The translations under genes and the position numbers were made by a program. Shown in pieces: positions 1-13,844 of a DNA stretch of 64,000 bases (position 1 is its first letter; the number at the start of each line of letters is the position of its first letter). This DNA comes from the human T2T-CHM13v2.0 reference genome, Homo sapiens. The stretch is from the NCBI RefSeq assembly GCF_009914755.1, contig NC_060937.1. The stretch is one strand, 5' to 3'. The notes beneath the pieces are model-generated. The model made no database searches. It was not told where the DNA came from and saw only the letters and a program-made list of their open reading frames with translations.

Positions 1-350
1 GTATGGGTTTTTAAATGTTTTAAGGAAAATAGTGTCAACTTTGACAGTGCTTTTTACCTGGAAACTTGGTATCAGGGAGTAGTTTACACATTCCACCTTA
101 TCCACAGCTTATGAGAAAGAAACAGGTTTCTGTGGCGTGGGGGTGAGTGACAGTCCAGGATGTGGAGTGGACTGGATTAGTCGCCGTTTTCAGTCGAGAG
201 GCTGCCTGAGTCAGAGGCTGTGTGAGTACTTGAATAACAGGGAAACAGTTGAAGGGAGGCCCATTATAGATAAAATCCAGCCTCTTCAGCACAGGGTGAA
301 AGAGACTCATGCCATTCACCTCATAGTTGTAGTTGACTCAGTTTAAACCA
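1..350 (-). promoter_or_regulatory. Probable upstream regulatory region of the antisense nested gene GPR183 (EBI2); the TSS would lie just left of the window
   Basis: No repeat recognised; AP-1 sites TGAGTCA 207-213 and TGACTCA 334-340, EGR-like GCGTGGGGG 135-143, NFAT-like GGAAA cores; position inferred from recalled gene order. Confidence 0.45.
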
Positions 351-1280
351 ACTAACGTGTCTGTCAGAATGCAGTTTATTTGTAGGCTAAATTACCAGAT
401 ATGTAGCACTCAGATCAGGAGAGGTGATGTTTACACTTAGTCAGGACTGATCTGGCCATTCCCAGCCACTTCTGGGTGCTGCTTTTTACGAAGACATAGA
501 TAACACCTGTGGCAGTGAGGGGCCTGGATAGCAGGTCTTAGGAGAACTGATTAAATAAGCTGGGGATGTGTATGCTTTGTAGGCATAGGGTCATTATCCT
601 TATGCTTGTGGAAACTCTCATAGAAAAGTGTTTACATTGCTTGTGTCAGTCTTCCTAACTCCAGAGACTAGCGGGAGGGTCAGTAAGAAGTTACTGGACA
701 TAGCTTTTGGATCAAAAGATGAGAGTCATTCCCAAAAGTTGTGATTATTTTGAAAAATGGAATATGCTGTTTCTTATTTAGATGCTTGAGTAAACTTGAT
801 GATTTTGAGGGATGATGTAAACAGAATTGAATCATTTGGTAGGAATTTGTAACTCTGTGATCTCAGAAGCCTTTCTGCTCCAGGATTCTGTAAAAATAGT
901 CGAGTAGCTTTTGCCTCCCACAGATGTCATTAGGTTCTTCTAACGTCTAAAGTGCTGTGAGTATGGAGGAACATTGTCAGACACAAGAAAGAGCATCAAG
1001 CAAGTCAGCTGAATTCTTTGGGCCGCCACCTCACTGTGTATAAAATAAAGGTATTGAACTAAATGATCTCCAAGGTAATTCCTAGTACAAAAATTCTATG
1101 AGGGGGTAATACAGAGATTTTATGACTTGGTGGATAAACATGACATCATATTCTAGAACTAGTTCATTTAAAACTTAGGCTGCAGAGTACTTGAAGAAGA
1201 CACTGTTGATAAATTTTTCAGTTTGTTGAAAGACCATTCTGGTGGGGTTTTGCCTGTTAATTTTGAAATAGTTATATTAA

Positions 1281-1649
<369 letters not shown>

Positions 1650-1824
1650 CCTTTTTTTTGATATCAGAGTAGTCAGGCAGATGAAGAAGAGGTGATGGGG
1701 TCATTATCCTGTAAGAGGCCGCTGAAGCTGTATATTAGATCATTTCATGAGCTCACAAACCTTGTTTTTATTGCTGTTGAAAGTTACCAGGGTTTCTTGA
1801 GTTGTGATTGTACTGTAAAAGTAG

Positions 1825-2150
<326 letters not shown>

Positions 2151-2293
2151 TGACCTTTTCTATAGAAGAAGTGAAATGGACATTTGCAACCTTAACAAGG
2201 TGTCTCTGTTATTTTATGTTTTCTATCGAGTGCGATCATGAATATATAGCAGTAGATGCTCAGTAAATATTAGTGATTTTAAAGGATGAATTA

Positions 2294-2587
2294 GCAATGG
2301 CTCACGCCTGTAATCTCAGCAATTCAGAAGGCTGAGGCAGGAGGATTGCCTGATGCCAGGAGTCTGAGATCACTGTGGGGAACACAGCGAGACCCTGTTT
2401 CTAAAAAAAGTTTAAAAATTAGCCAGGTGTGGTGGCACACACCAGTAGTCCCTGTTACTCTGGAGGCTGAGGCGAGAAGATTGCTTGAGCCTAGGAATTA
2501 GAGGCTACAGTGAGCCGTGATTATGCCACTGCACTCTACTCCAGCCTGGGTGACTGACAGATACCGGTGTCTCAAGAAAAAAAGAAA
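2294..2587 (+). mobile_element. Alu (AluJ-like), diverged
   Basis: tggctcacgcctgtaatc...gaggattgcctga...A-rich tail. Confidence 0.9.
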
Positions 2588-3319
2588 GGATGGATGAAAT
2601 GTTTATAACCTGCTTTCTCTTTTCTGTGCTACCAGCCTCATCTGCTTAAGCCAGAAAGGGCTTCCAGAAGGTAGTTCTTCACAGTATGAAAAAGGTCAAA
2701 CTGAATTACTGTTGACAGTATAGAGAACAGATGTTGTCATAAAATAAGGAAAAGAAAAAGACTGGTCAGTGACTAATAACATTATGGTATTTTGTGAAGT
2801 CTGTGTGTGTAGAAATAGCAACGGAAAATTTCTGCAGAACAGCCCATATAATTTTGGTCTGAAATGTGTATGTGTGGCCTAGTATTTAGTCATCATTTAA
2901 AATTATACAGTGATTAATATTTTTAAAGGAGTTTTTAAACTTCTATTGGTATGTGAAATGTAAACTGTGGTCATTAAAATTTCTACCAGTATTTTTTTTA
3001 GTTTACGTTGAAATGTAACCTCAAAAAAGAACTCTGCTTTAGGTTATTTAGTTATAACATCACTATTTGTACTTTATTACTAAATGTAAACAGAAGAACT
3101 TCTATGAATTAAGCGCCTCCAAGGGCATGTTCTGTGGTAAGAGACCTCTGGTGCGATTGGCTCCCCAAATAGGGTTCTATAATCACCAAGAGAGCAGGCC
3201 ATATTTTGAGCTACATATGAAACCATGTGTTTTAATCCCATTAAAAATGATAAAAAGGAAGGGGGCTTTTTAAAACAAAAGGCAAGTTCTGCTGTATGGT
3301 TTTACTGTTTTAAAGGAAA

Positions 3320-3720
3320 ATTCATTTCTTCTGCAAATATTTATTGAAACCTTACTCTATGCCAGGCACAATTCTAGACAGTGGGAATAAAACAAAACAG
3401 ACCAAAATCCCCATCTATGTGAAGCTTCCATTCTACTTTTAAGATAGATAGGCAGTGATGAGAAGGCTGTAAGTGCTGTGGGGGAGGACAGTCAGGAAGA
3501 GAGTAGAGAATGCAGAGGGGGAAGGCTGTGAGGGCGGGAGGTGCGGTTTGAAATGGGGCAGTCAGGGAGGACCTCTCTGAGAAGGTGCTGTCCTGCGGAG
3601 CACAGGATCAGAATGGGGATGGAGATTCAGGGCCTGGGACGTCTTTGTCATGACTGTAGGTGGGGAGGCATTGGAAGATTTATGCCCAGGAGTGACTAAC
3701 TCATACTTTTCCATGAAAAG
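3320..3720 (-). mobile_element. L2 LINE 3' fragment (approximate bounds)
   Basis: caaatatttattgaaaccttactctatgccaggcac is the typical reverse-complement L2 3' end. Confidence 0.7.
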
Positions 3721-5108
3721 AAGGCCCAGCTGTTTTAATCAGTTGTGCTTGGGTTTATAATTGGACAAAAGCAGTTCTTCTGTGTAGTATTTAAAAACTG
3801 CTTTGTTAATTTTAAAAAATCCAACCAATATTGAATATGGATCATGTATAAGAATCTGCATTTGGCAAACCTAGATAAAATATGATGCTTTCTCTCAGAA
3901 TTAATAATCTAATGGGAGGTTTTTGAGAACTCTGTATAGTCAATTCAAATGTGAGTCATACAGTTGTTCTAGAATAAGGATTATTTTGTGGCCCTAAATG
4001 TAGTGAGCTCCTAAACTGTGCCAAGCATTGTGCCAGGTGCTAGGAGAACCAGGACTGCCTCTTCTTCCCTGTCCTGGGGTGCTCAGCCTGGGAAGAAGGA
4101 CTGATACGTGAGGAATTCTAGACTGGGCAAGTGGGGGTAGGAACCCGCTGTGCCGTGCACCTCCGTCTGCCACCCAGTCCCTGCCATCCTTCTCACTGGA
4201 TGGCTAGCCAGGTGTATCTCACATCTCTGTGTCCCCAGTCCTGACACAGTGCCTGCACTTAGGCCTTACTGGCTGGAGTTTTCCCTGTTCTAGCATTTGC
4301 TGCGTTTGTGTTGATAGCAGTTGATGCGGCTGCCATTTATCACATTTGTTTTGTGTGTGTTATATTTTGGTTTGGTTTTGTTTTTAACAGTAGAATTGAG
4401 AGGACAGTGCATTTTTTAAAATAACGTAGTCTCTATCAAGGATGAGAAATTGCGCAAGAGGCCAGGAGGGTCCTGTGTTTCCACAAAAATGGCACCAAGG
4501 ACAGTTCTTTGTAGAAGTGAAACATATGTTTTGCATTTTTCTCGTGATAATGAAATAATTCTTTTTTTTCTGGTGCCATTTTCCCAAAAGTGGGAAAATA
4601 AAACACAGACTGAGTAATTAAGCCAAGTGTTTAATGGAAAACAGGTGCAAGCTTGTGCCCAAACCACTCTACTCATTCATATTACCTGCCTAGCACTTGT
4701 AGGAATGTAAGATTTCCGTCCTGTGATGAGTTCCTTGAGGTCAAGGACTGCTTCTTTCTCTTGGACGTAGTTGTAGCTCCTGTGCTGGGCATCTTACCGT
4801 GACATCCTTGGCACGCATTTGATTCACTGATTCATTGCAGTGGTGAAACTGACATAGCTTGGGGGCCACGAGGAGAGCCACCAGCTGCCAGGAGGAGTCA
4901 GAGAAGTCTTGTGGGAAGAGCTGAGCAGTGTTGCACAAGCTGAGTTTCCTAGGCAGGAAAGTGGAAAGCAGAACCTGCGTCAGTGGAGAGTCAAAGCAGC
5001 CAGCGTGTTCAGGGAGCAGCTGTGTGGATTTTTGAGAGGGCCTTGTGTGTGTTGGGCCAGATGAGGGGAAGCAGAGAGGAGGACAGTGGTGGCAGACTCC
5101 AGTGATGA

Positions 5109-5524
<416 letters not shown>

Positions 5525-6337
5525 GGAAGGAAGGGTTTTTAAGCAAGGGAGTGTTGTGATCAGAGTTGTATTTTAGGAAGAGAGTACTGCCAACAATGTT
5601 AAGAAATGGATTAGAGAGAAGCAAGACTGTAAGTAGAAAGACACATAAGACTTTTGAATCTGTCAAGGTGAAGGTGTCAAATTGACATTCAGAACCAGGT
5701 GAGGGGTGGGCAGGCAGTTTTAGGTCTCACTTCATTTTCTTAGCCCAAGCTATAGAAAGGGTTGAGATTGTATGAGGAGATGAGAGAGCAAGAAGAAAAG
5801 GCTATAATGGAACCATGGAGAAGCCAGAAGAGTGGTGTAAGAAATCACTGGGCAACCACTGAGAAGCAGGGTTTCAGACAAAGGGAGGAAGGAATGTGAG
5901 GAAGGGAGGGCCAGAGGTGAACCGTGCCAGTGCCATGGCGACAGATCACTGGACAGGGCTTGAGATGAGGCTTTTGGATTTGACTGAAGAATTCTAATGT
6001 TTGCTGCTTTCGATTTGTCTAGTTTCTCTCATTAGATTTTAGTAATACCTGGGAAGAAAACATAGCCTCCACTTTTCTCACACTTAGTAGGTGCTGAACC
6101 ACTTCTTTGCAGTGGTTTCAGGAGGGTCAATAAGGATAGAATGATTAGAGTTTTCATAAAGTGTTCTATAAGTACAAATTATTTTGGACATGAATCATAT
6201 TTGAAAATCAATATGTATATCTAAGACCATGCTTTCAGACTGAAATAAAATTATAAGCAGTGTTACTTCAAAGATACATCTGCCATTTGTGTTTAAAATT
6301 CACTATTATAGTGATTTTTTTTTATTTGTTTGCATAG

Positions 6338-6461
6338 CCTGGCACCTGTGTTTGCTCTGTTTGTACCATTTTACTGCTCCATACCAAGAGTCCAAGTGGC
6401 ACAAATTCTGGGTCCGTTGTCCATCACAAACAAGACATTGATTTATATATTGGGACTGCAG
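6338..6461 (+). CDS. UBAC2: UBAC2 coding exon (probably exon 5), 124 nt, transmembrane/rhomboid-like region: (F)LAPVFALFVPFYCSIPRVQVAQILGPLSITNKTLIYILGLQ
   Basis: T-rich tract and tgcatAG acceptor ending 6337; donor CAG|gtacag at 6462; phase 2 to phase 0; lies inside ORF 6330..6590. Confidence 0.95.
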
Positions 6462-8156
6462 GTACAGTATGCATTTTTATGTTCACTTTTCTTTAACCAG
6501 ATCTTTTTTTTTTTTTTTTTTTTGGTCTTTTTCTCATTTGATCTCCTTGAAAACAATGGTTTTTTTCCCCCCATAATCTTGGCTTCATGATCTGTATCAA
6601 ATGTTTAAAGGAAGTGTTACAGAACAAGAACATCAAGGTATAGAAGATACTAGAATACTTTCATAGTCTTTAGAAATCTGATAAGAGCTTTCACTGTAAT
6701 TTGTATCTGTGGAAAATATTTTCATTTCATTGTACAATTGCATGTGCGTACTTTTTAACAATCATAGTATGAAGTGGAAACAAATGAGAACAATCAAAAA
6801 GTAGAAAGTAGAAAATCAGTGTCAAAATTAATTTATTGAATACAGTGTCGCAAATAAAGCTCTGAAGAAGAAACCCGGTGTGCTCTACCAACCCGAGCTT
6901 TGGGGTTTTTAAGAAGCATTGTCAGCTTGATTATTTCCTTGTTTGTGAAGCTGTGATGGTAGCGTCACCATTTGCTAAATGGTTTGCTGTGAAGACTACT
7001 AGAGTACTACTGTCCAGGTTACATTTGAAAAGCTTCTTTGCCAATCCTCAGCGAATGTCAATTGCTCCCTGCTGGGCTCCAGGTCTGTGGTAGGAGAATG
7101 ATTTTCAGTTTTCTATCTGTACTACCTGTCACTTTTCTTTTACTCTCACGGCTTTTGATGTAGTTTTATTCTACAGCTTCCTGTGTCACCATGTGTCGCT
7201 TGGCCTTTTGATCCACTGATTAATACTCATAACATTCCTTATCCCACGCACTCTAACCGGATACTGGCGTCACTTCAGAATGCCTTCCTCCCTCCCCTTT
7301 TAACCTTTAGCATTTCCTCTCACTTCTCCAGTCTGCTGTCATGTGTTATCAATGGCTCATCTGGGGCGTTTTCTTACCACTTTTACAACCGTTTCTCATG
7401 AAATCTTTTTATTCTCCATCTCTCAACCCCCGTACCGTTACACGCCCCCTGATCCTACCTGATATCCATGTAACCAAATAGCCCGTTTCTGCATTTGATT
7501 CTTATGAGTAGGATTTGCTATAGCAGATTTAATATTTTTAAAGTTGTTGTGACAGAGGCCATGTGGAATTCGAAGAGCACTCCAGACCTCCCTCAGGAGA
7601 CCCAAGTTCTAGTCCTAGCATGGCTGTCTCCAGCCATGAGACTTGGGTTGAGTCATGGAAACCCTCTGAGCCTCACATTCACTGTATAGTTCTTCCAACT
7701 CTAAAGCTATGTAGAATCTTTGAGAATGAAAACACTGTTTTATTAATTGTGGAGTAGGAGTTCAGTGTGGCATTGTGGAAAGTCTTTGGAGCCAGGTTGT
7801 TGAATTTCGGTTTAATGACTTGGTCTGGTAATGATTTGCTTTGTCACTTACTTTTTCTGAGCCCCCATTTCCCCATCTATCAAATGGGGATGATAATATC
7901 TACCTTACAGAGGTATTTTAAAGATAGCATGAAGTGTTTAGTGTAATCTGAACAGATAATAAGAGTTAAGTCAATTGGTTACTATTAATTAATAATTTAT
8001 ATCTCTATAGCTACCACTATTCATTTTTCTGAGATTGTAAATGTATTTCTTGTTTTGTTTTTGGCATAAAGCAAGTAGTATGTTTCATCTCTCGGGGAAA
8101 GGGGGTCTTAGTTGGATGAAGAGGCACAGCATGGCCTTCATCACGGGGCCATTGTA

Positions 8157-8234
8157 GTAGGTTGGTGCAAAAGTAATTGCGGTTTTTGCCATTAAAGTAA
8201 GGCAAAAACTGCAGTTACTTTTCCACCAACCTAA
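8157..8234. mobile_element. MADE1 (Hsmar1-derived palindromic MITE)
   Basis: taggttggtgcaaaagtaattgcggtttttgcc...ggcaaaaactgcagttacttttccaccaacctaa, flanked by TA at 8155-8156 and 8235-8236. Confidence 0.93.
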
Positions 8235-8642
8235 TATCTAGTGCCGTTTCCACAGTGTTACACAGCTCACCATGAGGGATCCCCCTTAGCCCTGCCGAAA
8301 GCAGAAAGGTAGATGCAACTACCACGGATAGTTTTTCAAAATAATATAAATTTCCAATATTTTTGTAATATTTCCGGTAACTTTGAGAGGGAGAAGTTGA
8401 GATCAGAAAATAGAGGTGGAGATGCCTCATTGCCTCCTTGATAAAATCTAGGTCCTTAGCATGAATGGCATGCAGGGTTCTTCTTGACTGTCTGGTGTCA
8501 GCTCCCCCTGTGCCCACCTTGAAGGAGTGTAACTGAACTCCTTTGTGCTAAAATGTCTGTCCTCCACCTGCCTCCCTCCCCTCCAAGCCTTTGCATGTGT
8601 TTCTGTGCCTTTGTCTCTCCCCACTACAACCAGGGACATTGT

Positions 8643-8686
8643 TGAATGAATGAATGAATGGATGAATGAATGAATGAATGAATGAA
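8643..8686 (+). repeat. (TGAA)n tetranucleotide repeat, probably an L2 tail
   Basis: tgaatgaatgaatgaatggatgaatgaatgaatgaatgaatgaa. Confidence 0.85.
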
Positions 8687-10264
8687 GACTTGAATCATAA
8701 TCGGAAGAGCCAAAATGCTTAAGGCTCATTTAAGTATCCAATGACTTGAGAGCCCATAACATCATGCCCTGTGCAATGGGCTATGACGTTGTGGGCTCTC
8801 AAGCCATCCAATACTTAAATCAGTATCACCCACTGGGTGAGATGTAGCCCCTGTCCTCAAGGAGCCCAGCCATGAGAAAACACACAGATACTGTGAAGAC
8901 ATAGGCAGACATAATGGGGACCACACAGGCAATGAGAGGCTTCAGAACCCAGAGGAAATTACTTTTTCAATGACAAAATGATACGCTCTTTTTACTTGCG
9001 TATGAGACCTGGAAGAGTGGAGAGCATGGCTGTAGAGCCAGTCCTGGATACACTCCAGCCCACCACCTGCTAGCTGTTGACCTGTGGCAAATTGCTTAAC
9101 CACTCGGTTTTACTGAAGTGCCTTGAGAGCAATGCCTGACACATAGAAAGTGTTAGCTAGTCTGTTATTCTTTCTATTTTTAGAAGAAAATTACAGCAAA
9201 ATATTTGTCTACATGGTTCCATCCTTATTATTATCAGAGTCATTTCCACTGAACAAACGTCCGTGCTACATCAAAGGTTCAGATTTAAAGTTGCAGCCTG
9301 TGCTCATTTCTAACTGAGCCTATCACTAGAGCAAAGCTTGCCAGCCTCTTTATCTGAGTGTGTCAACTCTTACCTTTTGTGTCTGTCTTCTTTCTGTGTG
9401 TCCTTGGTAAGTGTGCAGAACTTTGAGGTTTTCATCTAGCACAATGCCAGCGATGAACCTGGGCTGTCCTGCCTGAGTATCCTGCCTCTTCTTCTACAAT
9501 CAGAAGTAAACCCCCAATCTGAAGTTCTAAAAATTAACCAACAATAACCCACAAATCATTTCTTTGTTGCAGGAACACTTTCAGAGTCCTTATGATTTTT
9601 TTTTAATTACCCTGAGCACAACTCTAAGATATAAACGATTTGGAAAACAAAGGGAAGAATTTCATGAGATCTAATTCTAATTACTTTTGCCATTAATTAA
9701 CTTTGTTCTGTTATTTAGTTTGCTCTTCCTTGGGTGAACTAGAATGAGAATATCAACACTTGAGAAAGTTACCATTGGACATAGACCTAAGTAGGCTGGC
9801 AGGGTTCTTCCCATCTAAATTTAGGGTGACAATGTTAAGAAATTAAAATGAGAAAGTTATTTACATAAATATCACATCATTGCCAAGCATGGGATGGTGA
9901 TTACCTGTTTTGTATGTTGTTAATTCTAATAATTTCTTTATATGTAGTATTTTACTTTAAGTCAGTTGAAATTTGTAAATAACATCATACTTGGGTTTCA
10001 TTTATTTTTCTTTGCATGGGGTGTGGGCCAGGTTCAACTTGTTTTAGGCTATACAAAGTCTGATGTCTGAATAAAAAAAATTAATATATAATTTTCTTTT
10101 AAGTAACAGTTGATATTTACTAATTTTCCATTTGCTTCTCTGTATTATGGCATATATAATTAATACTTTATATAAATGGTCATGACTATAGTTATGTAAA
10201 AATAAGTGTGCTGTGACTGGCAGTTGAATTTTATTTTTAGTTGCCTTTTTTTTTTCTTTTATAG

Positions 10265-10312
10265 CTTTTCACCTCTGGTTCCTACATCTGGATTGTAGCC
10301 ATAAGTGGACTT
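10265..10312 (+). CDS. UBAC2: UBAC2 coding exon (probably exon 6), 48 nt: LFTSGSYIWIVAISGL
   Basis: Long poly-T tract and atAG acceptor ending 10264; donor CTT|gtaagt at 10313; bridges the flanking exons in frame; too short for the ORF track. Confidence 0.94.
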
Positions 10313-10418
10313 GTAAGTGTGACTACCCTTTTACACCCAATTCTCTCTCTCTCCTGTAAAAACATTAGGAAAATTGTCCTATTTAGATTGTGCGTCATAT
10401 TCAACTGTCTCACCATTC

Positions 10419-10707
<289 letters not shown>

Positions 10708-10780
10708 TCTCAACATTCTTTTAACCCATGGCAGGTCTGGCTCAATGTTACTTCTGTGGTGATTAAAAAGGGCCAGTCAC

Positions 10781-11083
10781 GGCCAGGCGCAGTGACTCAC
10801 GCCTGTAATCCCAGCACTCTGGGAGGCTGAGGCGGGCAGATCATGAGGTCAGGAGATCGAGACCATCCTGGCTGACATGATGAAACCCCATCTCTGCTAA
10901 AAATACAGAAAAATTTGCTGGGCGTGGTGGCAGGCGCCTGTAGTCCCAGCTACTCAGGAGGCTGAGGCAGGAGAATGGCGTGGAACCCGAGAGGTGGAGC
11001 TTGCAGTGAGCCGAGGTGGCGCCATTGCTCTCCAGCCTGGGCGACAGAGTGAGACTCCATCTCAAAAAAAAAAAAAAAAAAAA
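10781..11083 (+). mobile_element. AluY
   Basis: gagatcgagaccatcctggct...gagaatggcgtg...poly-A; TSD ggccagtcac at 10771-10780 and 11084-11093. Confidence 0.95.
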
Positions 11084-13557
11084 GGCCAGTCACAGGGAAA
11101 ATTGAGACAAAGGAGGCCAGTTTGTGCTTTCAAGGTAATTTTGATGAAAGTTTTAGCTGGGCTTGTCAGTGTTGTTTTTAAATCATAGAAAAAAAAAAAG
11201 CCTGAAAATGAAGAAGTTGGACTTACTAAAAATAAGGAGAGATAGTCTGCTCATTTTGTAAAAAGACATTGTCACACGAGGGAAAAAAATAATGCCAACT
11301 GGAAAGTCAGGTGGGTTGGACCTGACCAAAGTCTCATCATGGAAGAAGGGAATGAACCAAGCAACCTCAGTATGTTTGCTGGAATTTTTTCATCTTGTCT
11401 ATGCTATTGTATTTTAATAATAAGCGTTTGTCCTAAATTCTCTGTGAGGTATTAAAAAAAATTAGAGCATGAAGTGGAGTTTTATTCTTCATCCATGACT
11501 TAAATTTAAACCTCCAGATTTATAAAAATAAATTTTAACTAGCGGTTATAGAGCATAGATTTTATTTCTTTCTTAGAAAAGACTTAAATGACAGAATGGA
11601 TTCATAATAATACACATTTCACTGCAATCACTGTACACATTTCAAATAAATTATCACTATCCTTGTTTCTTGGGTGAATGACTGGTATTTGGGGCTAGTG
11701 TGTCATCCTGTACGCCTGCTTACCCCTCTTCTTCCTTTAAGCTCTCTGTATTATTCCTTTTCTGTGTTCATTCTTTGCTTAAAATTCACGCCTTTGTTCC
11801 CCACAGCTGATATGCTTGCAGCCAATATTCTGGGGCTCCAAGTCACTTTGTTTTCTCCTCCCTAAAAATTTTCACATCTACCCAGATACCTGATTTGGCT
11901 TCAGGACCACAGAGCTAAACCCTATTGTGAAGTCTTCAAAACACCTAAGCTATCCGTCTGGTATTCTTGAGACTTGTGGTGGCTTAGGGCCATCCTGGGG
12001 TTAGACTGATTCTCTGGGACACAGGTGCCAGACTCCCCCAAGTCTAGGCTCACCCAGTTAGAACTGTTGCGTGACTGAGGAAGACTTAACCAGCCTGAGA
12101 ACAGCAAAGAAGGAGCTCATTGCTTTGATCATGAGAGATGCCTGAGGATGTACTGTTTGTTCCATGGCATATTTGTTTCACTTAGCAGTAATGGTTTTGA
12201 GTTCTGTTTTAAATATTTTCCAAAAGCATTCAAATATTGAAGTACCTTATTGTATACGATTTCATTGTGTTAGTTACTATTAATTCTTTTACTCTCCATA
12301 TTTGTCCCCTTCCTTAGTAACTCTTATGTGACTCAGTTTTTTAAAACACATTCCATTTTCTTTCTTTATTCTTTTTTTAGACTCCTAGCTTTAAGTGCCT
12401 GCTGTCTCCTCAGAAAGTTGCATTGTGTGACATTCAGTGCACTAAAATTGGAGGTTGCATTTTTCATCTCTTTATAGTCTTTTTAAAATCTAAAATTATA
12501 TGTTATGATTATAGTCTTTTCCGGTACACATGTTTAACAGGTAGTGGGGTACCTGTTTTAACTTTTTAAAAGGAATCAGACGTTTAAAATAAAATTCTTG
12601 ACCAAAAAAAATCCCTTGTTTCAGAAGGGTGAATAGAATTACAGTGTGTTTGGAATATAATTCAAAGATAATGTAGCATTTTAAAGAACCCTACTAATAA
12701 TAAACATTTCTGAGCCTTTTACAGTCATTGATTCAGCCAAAGTTACCGGCCTTCTACTATGACAAAAAATCTGATAAATCTTCATATTAACCTTGTTCTT
12801 TATTACTATTTTACCATAATTAGATGACTGTTTATTTAAAATAATTAATATTCATGAATCATGGCCAGTTTTCCTATGTTCCTATACCATAAATGTTGGT
12901 GCTTGTTTTGAACCTAAGGAACATTTTCTTTCTTTGTCTAGAAAATTCTCATTTTTATTATGAAATATTTACTGTGATGTGGCATACTTTAGATAAGGAA
13001 GATTGTAAAAGACAATATCAGTATTATTTGTGAGTGTTTGATTTACACACCACTGACTATAGGATCCAAGCCTGAGATTCACAAAGCCACAGTCTGCCTA
13101 TTCCAGATGTCTCTTGCTCAACATGACTTCCCCTCTTCCTTTATAGATCAAGTGACTTCCCTTTTTGGGGAGATATTTATGCTAAATAAAATACTAACAA
13201 AATAAAATTCTTACTATGCAAAAGAAATGCACAGATAATTATAATTATAGATGATATTCAGTGTTTTGGGGAATGTTACAAAACCTGTTGATGAGATTTC
13301 ACATTTTAGTATTGAAACCAGTAATTCACTTAACCATGTGTGTTAAGCAATGATTTTATTTCATTCTGGCAATTAATGTGGTTTTTAAGAAAAAGAGTAT
13401 TTTTTAAACAAAGATATTTGTATGAAACATGAGTAATTTGTTATTTGCTGTCATAGAAACCAAAAACTTTACTCATGCTTTTCTGGAAAGCTGCCAACTT
13501 TGGATTGAGCTTATTTTATTTAGCTAGGTACTGGTTGATTTATTTTGTTTAGGCTAG

Positions 13558-13844
<287 letters not shown>

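Noticed and set aside
6462-6590. Phe-rich extension of ORF 6330..6590
   Set aside because: Intron sequence with a poly-T run after the donor at 6462.
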